A stretch of 64,000 bases of DNA from the human T2T-CHM13v2.0 reference genome, Homo sapiens, in the NCBI RefSeq assembly GCF_009914755.1, contig NC_060937.1; one strand, 5' to 3'. Under the pieces are notes generated by a model that ran no database searches, was not told the origin of the DNA, and was given only the letters and a program-made list of their open reading frames with translations. Positions 42,691-57,832 of the stretch are shown piece by piece. Positions within the stretch are counted from its first letter, which is position 1. Every line of letters starts with the position of its first letter. The position numbers and the translations under genes are program-made.

Positions 42691-43544
42691 CATCATTGGA
42701 GAGATCTATAAAAATTATAATTTTAAAAAAACTTACTTTAAAAATCTCAAATAAACTTAAGAAAGCATCACAACTATTTCCCATCTTTAAAATAAGAATT
42801 TCTAAGTTATTTCTTTTATAGAGTAATTCCCTTAAGAAATACTAGCTTTCCCATGTCCCTTATGGAGGATAGCAAATATCAAGAGTTATAAATAAAATCC
42901 AGGTGAGCACCTTAAGAGTAAGGCTGCATATATGTTGCATAGGTCATATATATATATATATAATTTTCTATTGCTTTTTAGAATTTAAACTTTCTAAAAA
43001 TGCAGAGTTGAGAAAGACATCTCCCTTCAAGTATCAAGAGTTTTTAGTAATAATTACCTTAATGTTGTTGCACTGACATATTGCTGTCAAGATTCTAACT
43101 TTCTCAGGGTTTAAAACGAATTTTACTGGGCTTTTGATTATTTGCCTTGCCTGAATTTTTAATCCCTTTGTCAAAGTTGCTGACTGAACTGTTGAACACT
43201 ACCTTAGAATTTCAAAGGGAATGGAAACTCATTATGAGATTATCACAACTTGTTATTTTACCGGGGAGAATGCTGAAGCTAAGAGGAGCTCGCATATAGT
43301 CATACTCATGGTCAAGATAAGGCTAGGATTAGAAACTCAGCTTTTTGTCCTTAAGCCTATGACACTTTCCATTACACAACCTGGCCTATCTATTATTTGA
43401 TTAATTTTTTTCTGGTTCTCCTCACCCATCTATTTTGAGCTTAATGTCTTACTTTGACCTATGTAACATATATGCACCCTTACTCTTAAGGTGCTCACCT
43501 GGATTTTATTTACAACTCTTAATATTTCTGGGTCGCACAATATG

Positions 43545-43785
43545 GCATGGTGATTATGGGTGATTTAATTTGGAGAGTTGGACAGGATTTAGATGTCAAC
43601 TCTGCTACTTACTAGCTGTGGAACATTAAGGAGCTGGGTTTCTTGTATGTAAATGAGGATGAAAATAGCATCCATGATAATGCATTCTTATCAGAATTAG
43701 GTATGAAGACTAAATTAAATTTACTATCCTTAGAGGAATGCCTGTCTCATAGAAAGGAACACATAAGTGTTAGCCATTACTATTC
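43545..43785 (+). mobile_element. MIR remnant
   Basis: ctctgctacttactagctgtg...tttcttgtatgtaaatgaggatgaaaatag...taagtgttagccattactatt MIR core. Other MIR/L2 relics are scattered (for example ~11100-11400, 28080-29400, 33750-34110, 35500-36010, 59590-59700, 61560-62200). Confidence 0.65.
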
Positions 43786-44189
43786 TGCATCTGACCCTAC
43801 CCTTCCCTTCAGCCTCCTCTTGCTAGCTCTAGAGGCTACATTAACATTACTTTATTTTCTCTATTTTTCTGATTATTCAGTCATTCAAGCAATAATGTTT
43901 TATGGGATTCTTTCTCTATGCCTAGTATATGCTTAATACTGGGAATATATAAATTTAAAAAAAGAAAGGCTCTGGCCTTAAGAATTTTACTTTCTAGTGA
44001 GGGGGACAGTATAGTATTATAAAATAATTACATTCATTTTATAATAAGAAGAAAAATTTAGTGATTTGAAGAGGGTGACAATGGAAGTGAAATAAAAGAG
44101 ACCAGACTACATTTTTCTCCTTTCTGCAATAACAATTTCCAAAAAAGAAAATGTTTGTAATAGATCATGGATTCGGAAAGCACTAAGAA

Positions 44190-44460
44190 AATATTGGTGT
44201 CATCTGGTCCAATTCTCATTATCTAGACAGAATATCAAATAGGAATTACCACTATCTAACATATTCTTAAATTGGAAACATTCTTTGAAATCACTTAATT
44301 TAATTTACATTCCATACACTTTTACTGTGCACTGATTACCCGGTAATTATTTTCAGTGATGGGAAACCCACGACCCTGTGAGGAAGCCCTTATCACTGCT
44401 GAATAGCTCTATTAGAAAATTGTCCTATTTTTGAAGCAACATCTGCCTTCTTGTAATTTT
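44190..44460. mobile_element. CR1/L3-like ancient LINE remnant
   Basis: catctggtccaattctcatt and ttcagtgatgggaaacccac...ctattagaaaattgtcct...catctgccttcttgtaattt resemble recalled L3 3' sequence. Confidence 0.45.
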
Positions 44461-44536
44461 CTTTCATCCAAGGGCAAATCAATTACTATTCTGTTTATCA
44501 CCTTTGTAAATCCTTGCATATTAATATTTTTCTTCC

Positions 44537-44567
44537 ACACACACACGCACACACACACACACACACA
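44537..44567. repeat. (CA)n microsatellite
   Basis: About 15 CA units with one CG interruption. Confidence 0.9.
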
Positions 44568-47127
44568 GATATATGTATCTCCTTGTAAAGGCTAAGAACT
44601 ACCATTCTTTAATCTGTATAGAAGGTCCTAATTTTCAGAACCAGGAAAGGATGCTAGAACTAAAGATATAGTTTTAGTTGAAACTATATATGTCTGTGAA
44701 TATACCTGCATTTTTCTTATTGCTTTAGAAATGATAAAACAACAATCAGCAGATATTTTTTGACTCTATATTGCTTCTTTGCATACATTTTAATCTTATA
44801 TATACAAACATATACTTGTTTAATTAATATTATTCAAATTATACAACGAAGAAAAGTATTCAAAGAGCTGTTAATGTGTACAGGTTTAACGGTGTTTTCC
44901 TGTTTTCTCTATATTTTGTTATCAGCTCTTAGGAAATAAACATGGAATATAATTTCTTTAAGCATTCAAATTATATGTTAGTTTCTTCCTTAATAATGGC
45001 AATATGCAGAAAAGTTACTAAATGCCATACATGTTTTGTTATCATACGCATAAACCCTCTGCCGAGTTTTCCTTACCTAGAGCAAAATTACCTAGATACA
45101 ACTCTGCCGGACTGAAGTGAATGGCTGCCAGTTTTCTTTATTAATTCTATAGCACCCACTAAGTGGTAGCTCCCTAATGCATAGTAACTATATTTTTACA
45201 AAATATGAGAGTATTAATTTTTTAAAAAAGAAGAATTTTATAATTATCTCAAAACTGTTTCTAGTATCAGAAATAATTTCTGGTGACCATCTTTCAAGAT
45301 CATCATACAGGAGAAAATAAAATTTTGTTATTTTAAGTCCCTTAAGTATATGTGATTCTATGACTGGAAGTGGTCTCAGACAAAATGCTGTTGAATAGAT
45401 AAGAGGAGTTAGAAATTATAGTGGAAATAGCATTGACTTTTTAATAAAAAAGGAATGATATTCTAATTCTGATCCTTTCTAGTCATGATTTCCCAGGGAA
45501 ATGCATTTAATAATTCTAAGACATCATCTCCTCACCTTGAATATAGATTTTATAACCACATTGAGTTAATAAACATTTTGCTGGTTTGTTTCGAATATCA
45601 ATTGATATTAGAAAAAAATAATATTTAAACTTTGGAATGTTATGCAAAACATTTGCAATTATTTTGGGAAGATTCTTTAACTCTTGTAATCATTTGGTCT
45701 GCTTCTCATACTGGACATATATTGCTCAAAAGTTTAATATGTGATACCTATTGTCTACTAATGTAGGAGAAAGGAGCCTATAGAAATAATTTATAAATTT
45801 TATTTTTTTAAAAAAATACTCCAGTCAGCTAAACAATACTACTTCTATTTTTTTGATTTAACAAAACTAACAAATTTCTCAAATATGTTAATTACTTTGC
45901 AAAGTTTAAACATGCATGTATAAATTATTAGAGTAGTAGTATTTATTTTTATAATTAGTAATATTAGGTACATTAACTTCCTGGTAGAGCCTAAACTTAT
46001 CTCTTCTGCCTCCTTGATAAATTGCTGAACATCGGTATTTGCCAATATTCTTTAGGTGTCTAGCAGTCATTGAGAACGGTATGAGCTAGAAAGTTTAGGA
46101 GAAAAGATAAATCTCTGTACAATCTTTATAAAAGCCATATGTTTTTAACAGCTTAGAAGAAAATAGTATCATTGAAAATTAAATCATGAGACAATAACAC
46201 ACCTATGTGTTGAGGTCTGTTTCTTTTCATTGCAGTAAACTGTCCAGGGCACCTGATCATATAATTTTTCTGAAATGATTTCCAGTGCTTGATGAAAGAA
46301 TAAAAATAATGCTCCTCTACAACCTTACTAGAAAAAGAAAGTTGTAATGCAAGATAGCCTCTCTGCTTTTCCTGCTCTAGGACATGTTTCAGAAAAGTGG
46401 CTGGAAGAATCTACTTTGATCTGTAAGAAGGTATGTATATTGTGTCAGGCGGTGCTCATTCTGTACTTACAGAAAATTGAAAAAAAGTTTATACCCTAAC
46501 TTCTCAGAAAAAAAAACAACAATTTTCCAGGAACTAAAGAATTTTATTGTCAACCTAAGATTTATTTAGTCTTTTGTCCTTATGCTTATATGCATAAATG
46601 ATACTTCGGGAAAGCCTGTTATATGCATAATCAGAAATAGCTAGACAGTTGGGATAAAAAGTATGTGTAGAAAGAAAGAAGTCAGTACAGAAGTTACTTA
46701 CATAACCACATTGACTATTTTGTAGTAAAAGACAACATTAGCATTATTCAATGAGGAATACATTACATTTTGCAATTTAAGGTCTAAATGGTCTCCACAG
46801 AAGCATGTAAAATTTTAATTATGATTTTGCATTCATTTATTGCTTAATAAAGGATTTAGATTATTTCCCTTCTGGGATGAATAATTTACTAGTTGCTTAC
46901 AACCAACATTTAAAAATCACAAGACTATATATTCTTATATTAACCTATTTTTGAAGCTTTTCTGAACAGTAGAAATAATTATAATAATTGTCAAAGAAAT
47001 TCAGGAGGAAATTAAAAGCAAATGATAAAAATTAACACCAACAAAACCCTAAAATGGAAACTAATGAAATAGTATACTCTATAAAAAAATTGGAATAAAG
47101 TGATAATTCTCTTGGTAGCTACATAAA

Positions 47128-47420
<293 letters not shown>

Positions 47421-47754
47421 TACATAAATTTTTAAGAAATATTTCTCGAGTTTGTCAAATAATAATTTAGTACCTGCCATTAATGTATCTCTTAGCAAAC
47501 AAAAGAACCACTAGCTACATTACAACATATATTGTTATGTATGATGCTCTAAATACGAAAGTTGGTACAAAACATAAATGCGTGGAGCATTAATATATTT
47601 TGTACCTAAGATGCAGGAAAAATAAACAAGGACTGAAGTTCATACCTCACATTTTCATCCTGGATGGTCTCAATTCTGGAAATGGCTGTTTATTATTTCT
47701 TCAAGCATTATAAATATACAGTTATTTACTTATGTGTTTATAGGTATTTGTTGT

Positions 47755-49291
47755 GCGTGAAAGAGCACCCTTTTTTGGGAAACACAGTGTTGGAGCATAG
47801 TGACCAACAGACAAAGGCCGCCCAATGGCCATCTTACACATCACGCTCCAAAAGACACATAGGATGTTTGCTAATAAAAATCAACTGGAAAATGGATTTC
47901 ACTGGGCAACTCCCCCAGCCTCACTTGGGGGTTAGGAAATCTCCCAACCGTTTTCCTGATGGCAACTGTGGTATATGAGATAGAGACCCTAAGGGGTGCC
48001 TTTCTGTTTTTTATAAAGAACATTTATTTAGATTTTTTTGAAGTCATTGTGTTACTTTTATTCTATGTTCTCTTATGGCCACCAGACCAACTTCTATTCA
48101 CATTGCCTTGAGGTCTGTACAAGAGAGGTCATCTTTAGCCATGATGGAGTTGTCCAGGATTGTATCATTGGCCAGCGTAATCCTGCTTGTGCAAATCTGA
48201 AAGATGTGCTTCTTAGTCTTTCCATCAGGTAGGGGGAAATCAAATTTCTAGTCAATACGATCTGGTCTAATAAGCGCTAGCTCCAAAATTTCTATTTGTC
48301 TTGTGGCCATAACTTTTACATCTCCCCTTGAACCAAATCCATCCAACTGGTTCAACAGTTCCAACATTATTGGCTGAATTTATCTCTCACCACCAAAATT
48401 TGAGTCATATCTTTTTTTCCTAATGCCATCAATTTCATCTATAAACACAATGGAAGGTGCATATTTTCAGCAACTTGAAACAATTCCCATATGAAATTGG
48501 GCCCATCACCTCAGTAATTCTAAAAAAGTTCAAAGCCAATCAATCTCAACAAAGTGGCTGAGGTTTGATTTGCAACTAATTTGGTCGACAAGGTTTTAGC
48601 TGTGTCAGGTGGACCATAGAGAATGATCTCCTTAGAGGACTTGATATTCATATTTTCATAACATTCAGGATGTGTGAGAGGAAGCTCCACAAATTCCTTA
48701 ATTTCTGGGATTTGGTTGGCCAATCCTCCAAATTGGCATAGGTCTCCTTGGAGACCTTTCCCACCTTCTTCACCCTAACTAGCACCTCTATCATGGCATG
48801 CACCTTGCGGTTGAGCAGAACCAAGCAGCTTGGTTCCAGCAGATCCTTGTCTACAAATGACAGAATGCTGATGTAGTGTTCTGAGCTCACAAATGTAGAC
48901 ACGGTGGTATGATTGTCATCAATGATCTCTTCCAAGGTTCCTACTGATGTCAGAGTCTCCTTCAGATCACCCACTTCGGATCTTGCTTTCTTCTTCTTGC
49001 TTTTCTTCTAATGGTTTCATTTGTTCCTTATATATAATGAATTCTTCCTCCATGAGAAGGTAGTCTTTAATTCTAACTTCAATAATTTTAACAGGCACTG
49101 AATGTGAGGTGTTACCAGTTGCAGTTTGCTGGCAGCATCTGGTCCCTTTGTTTTCTTATTTTTCCCCACTCTAGTTGGTACAAGAGGTTCACACTTCTTT
49201 TCTTGTTTGTGTTAGGATTCTTGCCTCCTCCAGTATCATGACCACCACTCTGACTTTGACCCATCTTGCCTTGGCCACTCAAGCTGCCACT
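47755..49291 (-). pseudogene. Processed (retrotransposed) pseudogene of PSMC1, 26S proteasome AAA-ATPase subunit Rpt2/S4
   Basis: An intronless minus-strand copy runs from ATG at 49264-49262 (MGQSQSGGH...) through [13 protein letters not shown]...[18 protein letters not shown], a degenerate Walker A (GPPDTAKT vs GPPGTGKT), Walker B PSIVFIDEID and [16 protein letters not shown] (TAG at 48250-48248) to VLYKKQKGTP*GLYL near 47975, followed by 3'UTR-like sequence. It has multiple frameshifts and stops. No clear TSD was found. Confidence 0.95.
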
Positions 49292-49395
49292 GTCATGGTG
49301 CGTCTCTCACAGAAGCCCATCCCATTGGCACATTTAACAGAGCCATTAAATAACTTTGGTATTTTTCTGATTTTGTAATATAAACGGGTTGATTT

Positions 49396-50373
<978 letters not shown>

Positions 50374-50570
50374 GTGTGCCCGCTTGTCAAATGTATCCAT
50401 TTTTCATGCTTGTTATTAAAAAAATAGTGCATGAAGCTGATGGATGACCCTCAGTCATTCAATAAAATGTTTTAGTCATTCAATACAAATGTATCATATA
50501 TGCTAAGTACTCTACTACAGAACATAAATAGAAAGATGAAAAAGGGATGGCTTTACCGTCAAAGTATTAA

Positions 50571-50871
<301 letters not shown>

Positions 50872-51049
50872 TGTTTAAATACTTTTTAAGGCTTTTTATA
50901 AATTGAAGATATGGAGAAGACAAACTTTGTCATTTGATCAATAGAATAGTATTGATAATATTAGTGGTATTATCTAGTCAACCGAACCCCTTGAAAGGAT
51001 ACTTGATAATTTATTTAAAAATCAAACAATAAGACATTATTTAAGAAAC

Positions 51050-54000
51050 ATTATTTACAGAAAACTTTTGATTTTCAGGGGAATCTTTGTCCTTCTCTTT
51101 AGTAAGTGCCTCTGACTCCCTGGCCAAACTTAATCTCTGAGTCAAATTAGAAGTCTGACAAAAGATGCTCTAAAAAAGCTGTGGAAGCAGTTACCTGGCT
51201 ATTACTCATGGTCCCTTGGCAATGTGTCTTAAAATTTTTGGGCACCCCAAGCACTGAATTGGATTAAATGATGCTTTCAGTTAGCTCTAGGCCAGTCCTT
51301 GACATCAACGGACATTCTACAATGCAACAACTAATTGAGACTTGTGACTTTATTGAAAAACTATATAGAACACTTAGAGATTGATCTTTCCAGTAGCCCA
51401 AAGATATCCTTGAAACGTAGTTATACTTGCCTTCACAATAAATGAGAAAATATTATTAAACCTAGCGAGGGACATTGGTTCCTTGCTGGATGTGTCACTA
51501 AATGCCCCCTTCCTCCAGAGTGCGTTGACTACCTAAAGAGGAGGGGAAAGGCAGGCTGTCAGAGGACATGAACACCTGATACCCTCACCATCCTCAGTTG
51601 ATGACTATTTGAGTCCCAACAAGTTTGACCCACCCATGGTGAGTCTACTGCTGCCACTGAATAACATGTCTTGTAGTGTTTATAGAAGCCCTGCAAGCCA
51701 CCCTGTTGTCCTTTGGGTCCACAAAGAAAGTATAAGAATAGCAGATGATGAGATCATTAACCAGATTTAGATTTATTGATTTATCTGTACCATTCCCTGT
51801 GGTTACTGAGTCCAGTTAAACCTCAGGAACTCAGGTCAACAGAACTTCAACATAACCCAAGTTTCAACTGACAAATTCCTCACCATGGAAAAAGTAGTCA
51901 TGGTCAAATCAGCAAAGATTGACCGGTAGAAAGTGCAGCAAAGAAGTGGTCATTGGGTGCCCTCTCCTGATCAGCCTAGGCAAGGGTCTTCCCTCAGAGA
52001 TCTCAGAGTGTGGTTAATAATGATATCTCCAAGAAGGAGATTAATGTGCTCTCCACCAAATAATTCCTGCCTAGATGGCCCCCTAGGGCCTGCTCCAGGA
52101 TAGCCTCTGTTACTGACACAAATGCTATTCCTTCCTGCCCTCCCAGTAAGCCTAAGGATGAAATGTAGAGCCCTGCAAACTTTTACATGGACCTCAGGAC
52201 TGGGTTTTAAAACCAAGACAAGGAGTTTGCCTGAGTTCCTGTGCACCCCAGAGGAGATCAGAGGTCTTATGCCAAGACCAGAGTTTAATGGAGAGGTGGA
52301 AAGAAGTGCACTTCTTGGTCCTTTTGGCTGTGTGGTGCACAGGTGACAATGACACTTGCAACACCTGGCACTAGGATGCAGGGAAACAAATAATACTCTT
52401 TGCTTTTGGATCTGAGGTCACCACCAATGAGACCCTTGTCAGGCTCAGATATGAGTGAGTTCTTTTGAACCCCTATAAACTTCAGTGTTATGGCCCCACT
52501 ATTGAATATGTTATTATTATATATGCATTGTTTATATGTACTTCTGCTCATCTTTACCCCCAAGCCCCAAAAGGACTTGCTGACATTAGGGATATCTTAG
52601 TGGGGAATGTGGAAAACTGTGAACCTATCCAACTAATAATACCTAGTGCCATTGCCTCTTCTGACAAATTAAAAATAAAAAACTATCCTTGAGACATTTT
52701 TTTCTATTCAATGCCACATGTAGCTTGTGCACAAGGATTCAATGCCACATGTGGCTTGTGAACGAGGCCTGGAGACTCACCATTGATTATAAGTGGTCCA
52801 ATGCTGTATTCAGTCTTTGGTGCTAGAGACATCTGACATGTCTGTCATAAGGATTATTACTCAAGCTAAAGGAATTTGGTCAGCTGCAATTGATATCACA
52901 AATGCAATAAAAATTACACATTTTTTTTTTTTTTGTGATTCCTCTACAAAGGGTGTCTAGAGTTAGCTAGAAGAAAGAAACACAAGCCAAACTCAGGAAG
53001 GTTGTAAGGAGGAAGAATATATCCAGAAAAAAAATGAGGCACAAAATTTATTGGATATCTTTGAATTTTGAAAGCAACTAGAAATGTGATTCGACTCGAT
53101 TTGTTGCATGGCTCTTCAGACTATCCATTTCTAATGGGGTGAGGGCAAGCAAATCCAGGTGGTTGTGCAAGCTTCCCTGAAGTGTGCACAATATGATGTG
53201 CAAATCAGTTAGTTCTGGAAGTATACATGGGGATAAGAATGCTGGGAAAAGAAAGAAGCTACTCTCATTGATAAAATCCTGGTTCACTCATCTAAAATTG
53301 TGTGGCAAGGTCATCCTCTGCATAAGAAGTACATGCCTATTCTTCACCTCAATCTTACGGTCTTAAGTAGGGCCCCTTACAAGAAATTTGTGAAAAAGGA
53401 GAGAACTCAGTCCCAGGTGAGAAGCGCATTAACACGATATATTGATGCTAGTCATAACAGTTATACAAAGAAATCCATCTTGTAGGCAAAGCTGTGAACA
53501 GCACACTTGGATGCCTACTCTGAAGAAAAAGTGAGACGGCCTTAGTTAGGAACATACACGGCTTTCTAGGCACTGGCAAATAGCTTTGCTAGCTGTTGAG
53601 ATGCCGGAAAGGAACAATAGAGAAAGATCAGTGGGAAGGAGGTCTGGGATAACCAAATGACAATACTGGAGTGATCACAAAGAATCTTTCTTGAGTGCTT
53701 AGCAGCTTAGCAGACAGTATCCATTAGAGAGGAAGCTCTCCACAATCTGGTAGACAGAATAATTTGTACTATGAACAATAGCTATTTTCACTCTTTAGCT
53801 GTTGCTACAATAGGCCCACAAGCAGAGGACCATGACAGCAAAATAGAAGTTATGAATGGACTTAAAAATATGAGCTTTCCCTCACAAAGGCTGAACTTAC
53901 TATAACATTGTTAATTCTTAATATGGCACACCTCTTTAGGAGAGATAAGCCAGCTGTTGGAAGTAAACTACATAGGTCTCCTTCAACCTTGGAGCGGGGC

Positions 54001-54600
54001 AGACATTTATATTTTCTGGAATAGATGAATACTCTGGATATGGGTTTGCCTCTATGCCCTTCAATAACATCGAATTGCCTATAAAATTTCGGATTCATTG
54101 GTATCATATACTTAAAAATATTCCTTGGAAAAATGAACCTATTTTATGACAAATACAGTACAACAATGGGCTCATGAACGTAATATTCATTGGTCTCACC
54201 ATATAGCTCATGAAACTTCACGTTAAACACCAGCTTTGAATATACCTCAATGCATGCTGCAGCATGGTTCTCCAAGACACAGCATATGAATTGAACCAAC
54301 AGCTGACATTTGGTTATATATCCCCAGTTATTAGAATTTACGGGTAAGGGAAACAAAATGTGGATTTCGGATTAGCGTTTTTCACCATTGTTCCCAGTAA
54401 TCCACTTACGAATATGTGCTTTGTTTACCCACACCTTTAGGATTTGTTGAGCAAGAGACGCCGGGTTTTAGTGGAAAGGGCACTTTTGCTGGTAGACACA
54501 GTAAAAGTTTTACTGCACTAGGATCCAGAATATAAACCAGCCAAACAGAGTTGGCCAACATAATTTGGAAGAGACAGACATCATGGACAGAGGGAAACAC
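51050..54600 (+). mobile_element. Decayed ERVL-class (HERV-L/HERV16-like) internal region, gag-pro-pol relic
   Basis: Plus-strand motif remnants in different frames: protease-like GAQVT near 52335, RT WRLTIDY (52770-52790) and AIDITNA (52886-52906), integrase GIDEYSGYGFA (54018-54050) and QQWAHERNIHWSHHI (54161-54205). There is no long ORF, and boundaries are approximate. Confidence 0.75.
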
Positions 54601-54619
54601 TTTGATCTTTGAGAAAAAG

Positions 54620-54910
54620 AAGACAAGATTATTTGGCAGATAATTCCTTTCCTTTTATCCCATTGATTGACAGCTCTACATCACAGTAGTTCCACATGGC
54701 CTGTTTAGAAGGCATCTGTCCTTATTAAACTACCAGCTCCATTTTCTTGTTAATTTGTGAACAGCTGAGAAATACATCACCTTGCATTTGGTTTCCCTAC
54801 TTCCTGTCCTCCTTTCCTGTTCCCCCTCAAATTTGTAGTCCTGAGACTGCATATCCCAAAAAAACCTTGGTCCATTAGCTTTGTCTTTGGTTCTGTTCTA
54901 GGGAAAACAC
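54620..54910 (+). mobile_element. LTR16-like ERVL LTR 3' portion
   Basis: ttccctacttcctgtcctcctttcctgttcccc...ctgagactgcatatccc...agctttgtctttggttctgttctagggaa resembles the LTR16 end and follows the ERVL internal relic. Confidence 0.55.
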
Positions 54911-55472
54911 ACATCTTTCCTTTTGTGAAAGAATCAATTATTTATCTAATTATTACCATAAACAGAAACAAGAAACTCATGTCATATTTACATTTGTAAG
55001 ACACTGTACATGCAAATAGATAGAATAGAATGGAAACAACATTTACAGAGCACTGGTTAAATGCAAAGACTTATTTGGTTAATTTATATTATTTTGGTTA
55101 ACATATTTTAATTCTTAATTGTGAAAACAGAAAAAAAATGAAAAAGAACCCACATCACAAGAAAATGTCCTACCATTATCAAGAATATAAATGTAACTAA
55201 TATTTATTTTACTGTGCAGGCACTTTAACCTAAGTCACCTTTACACTTAACTTTGTTTGTTGTGATAGTACTAAGGACTAGAGTAGGTAAATTAATTTCC
55301 AAGAATGAGTTGAGGGATAAATTAAATGTAACAATGAAGGAAGAGTTGCAGACAATTTGAAAGAAGTGTCTATGATATGCTTGGGTGACAATGATGACTC
55401 TGGTCAGGGATAGACAGATGACATATTTTTGGCAAAAGAAAACAAAAAATACAGCAGAATGGGTTTAGGGAC

Positions 55473-56377
<905 letters not shown>

Positions 56378-56424
56378 AGAATTAAAATAATTTTGGAGAA
56401 CTACAGTACTGAAAGAGAGAATTC

Positions 56425-56817
56425 TGGATTAAGAAAATGTGGCATATATACACCACGGAATACCATGCAACTACAAAAAATGATGAGTTCATGTCCTTTG
56501 TAGGGACATGGATGAAGCTGGAAACCATCATTCTCAGCAAACTATCGCAAGGACAAAAACCAAACACCACATGTTCTCACTCATAGGTGGGAATTAAACA
56601 ATGAGAACACACAGACAGAGGAAGGGGAACATCACATATCGGGGTCTGTTGTAGGGTTGGGGGAGGGGGGAGGGATAGCATTAGGAGATACACCTAATGT
56701 AAAATGATGAGTTAATGGGTGCAGCACACCAACATAGCACATTTATACATATGCAACTAACCTGCACGTTGTGCACATGTACCCTAAAACTTAAAGTATA
56801 ATAAAAAATAAATAAAT
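56425..56817 (+). mobile_element. 5'-truncated L1PA (ORF2 end + 3'UTR)
   Basis: tggattaagaaaatgtggc...gatgagttcatgtcctttgtagggacatggatgaagctggaaacc...gtaccctaaaacttaaagtataat plus tail. TSD agagaattc at 56416-56424 and 56818-56826. Confidence 0.94.
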
Positions 56818-56979
56818 AGAGAATTCAATACCATAGCTTTTCCATTATATATATAATGAAAAAGTATGTATGATTGCTTGTTAAATATTTCCAATATAGT
56901 GTGCCTTATCATTTTAAAAGCAACAAGTCTTATTAAAGGATCTATTATGGAGGATCTATTCAAATAGATGGATTCTCAA

Positions 56980-57832
<853 letters not shown>

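Noticed and set aside
48520-48974. ORFs resembling a functional AAA-ATPase
   Set aside because: Frameshifted fragments of the PSMC1 processed pseudogene with a mutated Walker A and internal stops.
49292-49395. Possible TSD or 5' transduction of the PSMC1 retrocopy
   Set aside because: Only a weak ggtattt match between the flanks, too short to support.
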